Shown: positions 26,906 to 32,000 of the stretch, piece after piece
Numbering within the stretch: the stretch's first letter is position 1
Layout: each line of letters begins with the position of its first letter
NCBI GenBank assembly: GCA_964401865.1
Contig: CAYNZZ010000005.1
Location: forward strand, 1-32,000
Direction of reading: 5' to 3'
DNA from: an uncultured Erysipelotrichaceae bacterium
GTDB taxonomy: Bacteria > Bacillota_I > Bacilli_A > Erysipelotrichales > Erysipelotrichaceae
DNA: 32,000 bases
Translations under genes and position numbers: made by a program
Notes under the pieces: generated by a model
What the model was told of the DNA's origin: nothing
Database searches by the model: none
Seen by the model: only the letters and a program-made list of their open reading frames with translations

Positions 26906-26936
26906 TAAAAAGCACAATCCATTATGTGACTGTGCT
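26906..26936 (-). terminator. Intrinsic terminator of the lipoprotein gene
   Basis: Minus strand AAAGCACAGTC ... GATTGTGCT followed by TTTTT. Confidence 0.7.
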
Positions 26937-26960
26937 TTAATTTTGGTAGATAGTTATATC

Positions 26961-27401
26961 TTATTTACAAGTATATCCATCGCCACTGAATTCATCTACG
27001 AATTCTTGAAGCTTAATGCTTTCACCGTCGAATGCTTTTGAATCCATAGTGAATGCAAATGATAAACCTTCATCAGTGAAGTTTGTCTTAACTTCAATAC
27101 CATCTGTGTTGCCGAATTCTTCAGCGAAAGATTCAAGAATGCTTTGTTCGAAAATTTGAGCCATAAGTTCTTTCATTTCGTCAGATAAATCATCTTTAGA
27201 AACTTGCATTGCTTCGTAAGTCATATCGATATTGAAATCAATCTTTTCAATGTCGGCATCTTCACCTTTAGCAGTAGCTGTAAAAGTTGCAGAAATTCCT
27301 GCTTCAGAATAAGTGCAGGCTTTTGAAACTGATTTAGGCGCACTATCTCCGCATGCACAAAGCATAAATGCAGTTAATAAAATTGCAATAATCTTTTTCA
27401 T
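26961..27401 (-). CDS. Small secreted lipoprotein (possibly YehR/DUF1307-like)
   Basis: Signal peptide plus lipobox MKKIIAILLTAFMLCAC-G, RBS GGGGGAG. The family assignment is only an impression from size and layout. Confidence 0.7.
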   Translation of the reverse strand: MKKIIAILLTAFMLCACGDSAPKSVSKACTYSEAGISATFTATAKGEDADIEKIDFNIDMTYEAMQVSKDDLSDEMKELMAQIFEQSILESFAEEFGNTDGIEVKTNFTDEGLSFAFTMDSKAFDGESIKLQEFVDEFSGDGYTCK

Positions 27402-27465
27402 GGTTTCTCCCCCTAATTATATGATTAATGATAGCACATAGTTGCTTTTAAATAAAGTGATATAT

Positions 27466-27510
27466 TTATTGACCAAATAGTCTATAAATGTTATTATTGA
27501 CCGTATAGTC
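27466..27510 (+). promoter_or_regulatory. tetR promoter with two 17-bp direct-repeat operators
   Basis: TTATTGACCaaATAGTC (27466-27482) and TTATTGACCgtATAGTC (27494-27510); the second contains the palindrome TTGAC-N6-GTCAA. -35 TTGACC (27469-27474), 17 nt spacer, -10 TATTAT (27492-27497). Confidence 0.6.
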
Positions 27511-27523
27511 AAGAAAGGGAAAA

Positions 27524-28141
27524 ATGGAAAAATCACTTAAAACTAAACTTACCAAAGAAAGAATTATTAATGCAGCTATTGTGGAATTTGGTAATAAGTC
27601 ATACGAAGAAGCGTCAATCAATACGATATGTAAGGACAACAATATTTCTAAGGGTCTTATATATCACAATTATAAAGACAAAGACGATTTATATTTATCG
27701 GTTGTTGGAATTGTTTATAAATCAATGAAAGAAAACTTTGATGAGCTAAATGTCAAAAGTAATGACATCAATGAATTGATTGCCGTATTTATGGAAGAAA
27801 GAGAAGCGTATTTTGGGCGTAATATCTTATATCGCAACATCTTTTTTCGGACTATTTTCAGTCCGCCTAAGCATCTTGAAAAGAAAATTAGGGAAATCAG
27901 AAATGATTATGAAACGGGTTTAAAGAATAGATATACAAAGCTTTTGAAAAATTCAAAACTTAAAGATGGAGTTAGTGTTGAAGATGCTGTTGAATACATA
28001 TTGATATTTCAGGAAGGGTATAATTCGTACTTTGAGAAATATTTAAACAATGATAATCTAGATGATTTAATCAATATTCACGAAAATAAAATTAGGGATG
28101 TCTTGAAATTGGCATTATATGGGATTTTGGAGAATAGATAG
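27524..28141 (+). CDS. TetR/AcrR-family transcriptional regulator
   Basis: N-terminal HTH: RIINAAIVEFGNKSYEEASINTICKDNNISKGLIYHNYKDKDDLY. Confidence 0.85.
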   Translation: MEKSLKTKLTKERIINAAIVEFGNKSYEEASINTICKDNNISKGLIYHNYKDKDDLYLSVVGIVYKSMKENFDELNVKSNDINELIAVFMEEREAYFGRNILYRNIFFRTIFSPPKHLEKKIREIRNDYETGLKNRYTKLLKNSKLKDGVSVEDAVEYILIFQEGYNSYFEKYLNNDNLDDLINIHENKIRDVLKLALYGILENR

Positions 28142-28143
28142 AT

Positions 28144-29379
28144 ATGATAGAAATAATTGCGAGAATATTAGTAACTATAGTATTGGCTTTTTTATTAGGA
28201 AAAGTTGTTTCAAAGCTAAAATTGCCAGCTATACTTGGTTGGCTTATCGCTGGAATGATGCTAGGACCTCGTGGTTTTTCACTTTTATCACAAGATATAT
28301 TGAATGCATCTTGGTATAAAGTTTTATCACATATTTTGGAGTGCGGATTAGGATTGATGATAGGTACTGAACTGGTGTGGTCGAAAATCAAAAAATCCGG
28401 CAAGGCAATAGTTGTGACTACTCTATTTCAATCGCTTACGACTTTCGCTGTTGTATCACTTACTTTTGGAGTGATATTCCATTTTAGTAATATACCTGTT
28501 TATTTAGGTTTCGTTTTTGGCGGTATCGCTTTAGCGACAGCTCCTGCTCCGGCTTTGTCGATTGTTAAAGAATTTAAAACCGATGGCCCGGTAACTAAGA
28601 CCTTAATTCCGATGGCGGCTTTAGATGACATTGTTGGATGCGTGGTATTCTTTTTTACCATTTCTATAGTTAGCAGCACGCTATCTGGACAAGGAATTTC
28701 GTTTTCGATAATAGGTTTAGTAGTGTTACTTCCGCTTTTAATTGGTACGGTATGTGGTGTTATTTCTGGTTTTATTCTAAAAAGAGATCAGGATGACAAA
28801 ATGACGCTAATTACTTTAATCGTTACCATTCTTTTAACATCTCTTGTAGGTTTTTATTTCAATAACTATGTTTTACATAGCGACATCTTGAACTTTATGT
28901 TAATAGGAATGGCTTATTCGTGTGCGTTCTCTAATATGGTAAGTGAAGAGAAATTAAATCAAATTCTCAAGGTATTTAAGCCAATACTTGGTATCTCAAT
29001 TATCATCGTCATCATTAATCTCGGTGCACCACTTGATTATCATTTAGTTTTTGGTGCCGGTTTATATACTGCTGTCTATATTATTTCTCGAGCTTGTGGC
29101 AAGTATTTTGGTGCATATGTTGGCGCTAAGAAAACCGGTTTAGAAAAGACTGTACAGAAGTATCTAGGTTTAACTTTATTACCACACTCTGGTGTATCTT
29201 TAGTTTTCACCAGCATTGCTGTCAGCAACATTGCTCCATATGCTAGTAGAGAAGCTGAGATCATTCAGGGAACTATTGCGGCTGCTGCGGTAATAAATGA
29301 AATAATTGCGGTACTGCTAGCTAAAAAAGGTTTTGAACTAGCTGGGGAATTTGGTTTAGCCATTGACAAAAATAGATAA
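28144..29379 (+). CDS. Cation:proton antiporter (Na_H_Exchanger superfamily)
   Basis: Polytopic membrane protein. LAFLLGKVVSKLKLPAILGWLIAGMMLGP is the typical first-helix motif. Starts 2 nt after the tetR stop. Confidence 0.8.
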   Translation: MIEIIARILVTIVLAFLLGKVVSKLKLPAILGWLIAGMMLGPRGFSLLSQDILNASWYKVLSHILECGLGLMIGTELVWSKIKKSGKAIVVTTLFQSLTTFAVVSLTFGVIFHFSNIPVYLGFVFGGIALATAPAPALSIVKEFKTDGPVTKTLIPMAALDDIVGCVVFFFTISIVSSTLSGQGISFSIIGLVVLLPLLIGTVCGVISGFILKRDQDDKMTLITLIVTILLTSLVGFYFNNYVLHSDILNFMLIGMAYSCAFSNMVSEEKLNQILKVFKPILGISIIIVIINLGAPLDYHLVFGAGLYTAVYIISRACGKYFGAYVGAKKTGLEKTVQKYLGLTLLPHSGVSLVFTSIAVSNIAPYASREAEIIQGTIAAAAVINEIIAVLLAKKGFELAGEFGLAIDKNR

Positions 29380-29409
29380 ATTGATGATGAATTAGGGTAA
29401 AATAAAGTC

Positions 29410-30588
29410 ATGAAAACTTTGGTTTATGACATTGCCCAAAAAATTAAAGAAAATGGCGGCAGAGCCTTCTTGGTTGGTGGTTCAGTTAGAGATGAACTGT
29501 TAAAAAGAGATGTATCAGATTTTGATGTTGAAGTTTTCGGAATCAAAGAAAAAGAATTAGAAGCGATACTTGGTGAATTTGGACAAGTTTTAAAATATGG
29601 CAAGAGCTTTGGCATTTTTTCTATCGCCCACGAAAATATAGATATCGCTTTACCGCGCATTGAGGAAAAAATCGGTAATAAGCATCATGATTTCATAGTT
29701 AAAGCTGATGCTTTTTTACCATATAAAGAAGCATCTATTCGTCGTGATTTTACGATTAATGCGTTGATGAAAGATATTTTGTCTGAAGAGATATTAGATT
29801 TCTATGGTGGCTTAAAAGACATTGAAAATAGAGTAATTAGGCATATTGATGAAAAGCGATTTGTCGAAGATCCACTTAGGGTTTTAAGAGCTGCTCGTTT
29901 TAGGTCAACACTTGATTTTGACATTGATGCGAAAACTATTGAATTATGTCGGAACATAGATATTTCCTTTTTAACTAAAGAAAGAGTAAAAGAAGAATTA
30001 GATAAAGCGCTTTTATCTAAAAATCCGTATTTTTTCTTTGAAAGTCTATTAAAGATGCGACAAAATAATTATTTTTTCAAAGAACTCAAAATAGATAATT
30101 TATTAAAAGAAAGATTAAAGAAAGGAGTGGTGGCAAAGAAAGATGTTCATTTCCCGCTCTATTTCTTATATGCCGTCATTTCTTTAGATGTTAAAGATAA
30201 AAATATTTTTTTGAATCGTTTCACCAATGAAAACAAGCTCATTAATTATGTGCTAAGTCATTGCGATATTGTGTATGAGATGCAAGAAATTAACGATGTT
30301 AATCAGGCGATTAGGATTCTTGATAAGACAAGTGATTTTATAGATACGATAGAACTTTTAAAAATAAAGTATCCAGATAGGATAAACTTTTTTGAAGAAT
30401 TAAAAGCGAAGTATCAGACATTTATCGGCAAAGTATTTTTAAATGGCGATGATTTTATAAATATGGGAATTAGTGACGGACAACTGATCAAAGAATTAAA
30501 GACGGAATCCAGATATTTAATGATTGATAAAAATTACGCTGAAGTTAAAGCGATAATGGAGGAAAAATGCATAGCCTTGAAAAAGTAA
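29410..30588 (+). CDS. cca: CCA-adding tRNA nucleotidyltransferase
   Basis: FLVGGSVRDELL, DFDVEV, RRDFTINAL, and EDPLRVLRAARF. Confidence 0.8.
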   Translation: MKTLVYDIAQKIKENGGRAFLVGGSVRDELLKRDVSDFDVEVFGIKEKELEAILGEFGQVLKYGKSFGIFSIAHENIDIALPRIEEKIGNKHHDFIVKADAFLPYKEASIRRDFTINALMKDILSEEILDFYGGLKDIENRVIRHIDEKRFVEDPLRVLRAARFRSTLDFDIDAKTIELCRNIDISFLTKERVKEELDKALLSKNPYFFFESLLKMRQNNYFFKELKIDNLLKERLKKGVVAKKDVHFPLYFLYAVISLDVKDKNIFLNRFTNENKLINYVLSHCDIVYEMQEINDVNQAIRILDKTSDFIDTIELLKIKYPDRINFFEELKAKYQTFIGKVFLNGDDFINMGISDGQLIKELKTESRYLMIDKNYAEVKAIMEEKCIALKK

Positions 30589-31019
30589 AGCTAACCAATA
30601 TGTGCCTTATCACTAAGGGTGATGAGATATTGGTGCAGATGCGTCACAAAAAGGATTGGCCAGGACTTACTTTTCCTGGCGGTCATGTCGAAAAAGGGGA
30701 GTCGCTTCACGATGCGATTGTTAGAGAAGTGAAAGAGGAAACAGGACTAAACATCAAAAAGCCCATTCTCTGCGGTGTTGAAGAATTTAAAACTGATAAG
30801 GAAGATAGGTATTTTATCTTTTTCTATAAGTGTAATGAATTTGAAGGAGATATTAAAAACTCTGATGAAGGCGAAGTGTTTTGGATTAAAAGAGAAGACA
30901 TGAAAAATTATGAATTATCGTTAGATATTGAAGACATTATGATGATTATGGAAAGTGATGAATTATCTGAACTTTTATATCGCAATATCAATGATGTTTG
31001 GCAAAAGATGATATATTGA
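30567..31019 (+). CDS. NUDIX hydrolase (MutT-like)
   Basis: Nudix box GGHVEKGESLHDAIVREVKEETGL. Confidence 0.85.
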   Translation: MHSLEKVKLTNMCLITKGDEILVQMRHKKDWPGLTFPGGHVEKGESLHDAIVREVKEETGLNIKKPILCGVEEFKTDKEDRYFIFFYKCNEFEGDIKNSDEGEVFWIKREDMKNYELSLDIEDIMMIMESDELSELLYRNINDVWQKMIY

Positions 31020-31050
31020 GAAAAAAGCGATTATTATTTAAAATATAGTC

Positions 31051-31953
31051 ATGGAATATATAGTTGAAGAAAAAGAATTAAAAATAAAAATAAATTCATT
31101 AGTATGTACAACCGTTCAATCATTTTTTGATGCATATATACCCTCAAAGAAGATTCAACATTTGATGATTCAGAATAAGTGGATAAGTATTGATGATGTA
31201 CCTTGCAAAAGAGAGAGTGAAGTAAAGGGTAAATATTTAAAGATATTGTTATATCCGTATGAACATCAATACTCACATATAAGCCACAAGAAATTAGATA
31301 TAGTATATGAAGATGAACTATTCTTGATTGTCAATAAACCAAGTGGAATTATTGTGCATAGTGATGGCGTAAATAACGATTGTTTAAGTGATATCGTCAC
31401 TACTTATTTTAATGATAGTAAAAAAGAATATTTTGAAGCTAATCCTATTCATCGTCTTGATAGAGATACAAGTGGTCTGGTGTTATTTTCTAAGAGCATC
31501 ATCTTTCAAGCCTTGCTTGACCAAATGTTAGAAAAGAAGATGATCAGAAGAACTTACTTGGCTTATGTTAATGGCAAAGTTAATAAGAATACTAATTTTG
31601 AAATATCTAAATCTATCGGTAAAGATAGACATGATGCTAAAAAAATGGTTATTAATCCTAAAGGTCAAAAGGCTATAACCAAAGTTAGAAGTTTGGGTTT
31701 CGCCAATGATAATTACTCGGTTTTAGAATGTCGTTTACTTACCGGCAGAACTCATCAAATTAGATTGCATTTAGCTAGTGAAGGTTATCCGATTTTAAAT
31801 GATGAATTATATGGTCGACCTAGTTATCTATTAAAAGATATGGGACTTGTGGCATATAAATTGTCTTTCTTCCATCCGTTAAAGGAAGAAATGCTAGAAG
31901 TCGAATTGGAATTAAACGGTGATTTTAAAAGGTTATTTGAGAAAGTATCATGA
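31051..31953 (+). CDS. RluA-family pseudouridine synthase
   Basis: HRLDRDTSGLVLFSK (catalytic Asp) and GRTHQIRLHLA. Confidence 0.85.
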   Translation: MEYIVEEKELKIKINSLVCTTVQSFFDAYIPSKKIQHLMIQNKWISIDDVPCKRESEVKGKYLKILLYPYEHQYSHISHKKLDIVYEDELFLIVNKPSGIIVHSDGVNNDCLSDIVTTYFNDSKKEYFEANPIHRLDRDTSGLVLFSKSIIFQALLDQMLEKKMIRRTYLAYVNGKVNKNTNFEISKSIGKDRHDAKKMVINPKGQKAITKVRSLGFANDNYSVLECRLLTGRTHQIRLHLASEGYPILNDELYGRPSYLLKDMGLVAYKLSFFHPLKEEMLEVELELNGDFKRLFEKVS

Positions 31954-32000
31954 CAAAAGTAAATAAGACTAATGCGATGCGCTTATTAGACAAGGCGAAA
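31950..32000 (+). CDS. Start of YbaK/EbsC-type Cys-tRNA(Pro) deacylase (truncated by window end)
   Basis: MTKVNKTNAMRLLDKAK matches the characteristic KTNAMRLLD N-terminus. The ATG overlaps the previous stop. Confidence 0.55.
   Translation, partial: MTKVNKTNAMRLLDKAK

Noticed and set aside
1-32000. CRISPR arrays, tRNA, rRNA or tmRNA genes
   Set aside because: I saw no regularly spaced direct repeats and no T-loop or anticodon-arm patterns. The only GTTCGAA-like string (about 3373) lies inside the integrase fragment coding sequence.

Overview
Low-GC (about 30% by hand-sampled lines) Bacillota-type chromosome segment; my guess is a gut Erysipelotrichales/Clostridia-like organism. It splits into three parts. 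(1) 1-4.6 kb is accessory and mobile-element DNA. It holds a PIN-like nuclease with a C-terminal hydrophobic helix plus a tightly coupled 52-aa ORF, a divergent HTH protein, a frameshifted ASCH gene running in frame into a transglutaminase-like protease, and then four decayed mobile-element fragments: tyrosine integrase C-terminus, Mob relaxase, VirD4/TraG C-terminus and IS200 TnpA C-terminus. (2) 4.6-11.1 kb is a compositionally distinct, GC-richer block carrying a complete phosphate module, pstS-pstC-pstA-pstB-phoU-phoP-phoR, with a Pho-box-like promoter. (3) 11.1-32 kb is ordinary chromosome: marR-degV, a CaCA antiporter, a MATE/cytidylate-kinase-like fusion, M32 carboxypeptidase-ZIP, tdh-kbl, Mbeg1-like hydrolase, a DIP1984-like protein, an Lsa-type ABC-F, a HerA-like DUF853 ATPase, a lipoprotein, tetR-cation/H+ antiporter, cca, NUDIX, rluA-family and the ybaK start. 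The cis-regulatory signals I could read directly are a yybP-ykoY-type (Mn2+) riboswitch candidate in front of the CaCA antiporter, a three-segment leader-peptide attenuator in front of the ABC-F gene, tandem 17-bp operators at the tetR promoter, and a perfect palindrome at the marR promoter. I found no rRNA, tRNA or CRISPR array. The best candidate for an undescribed system is the 133-3011 accessory cluster, but its function is inference only.
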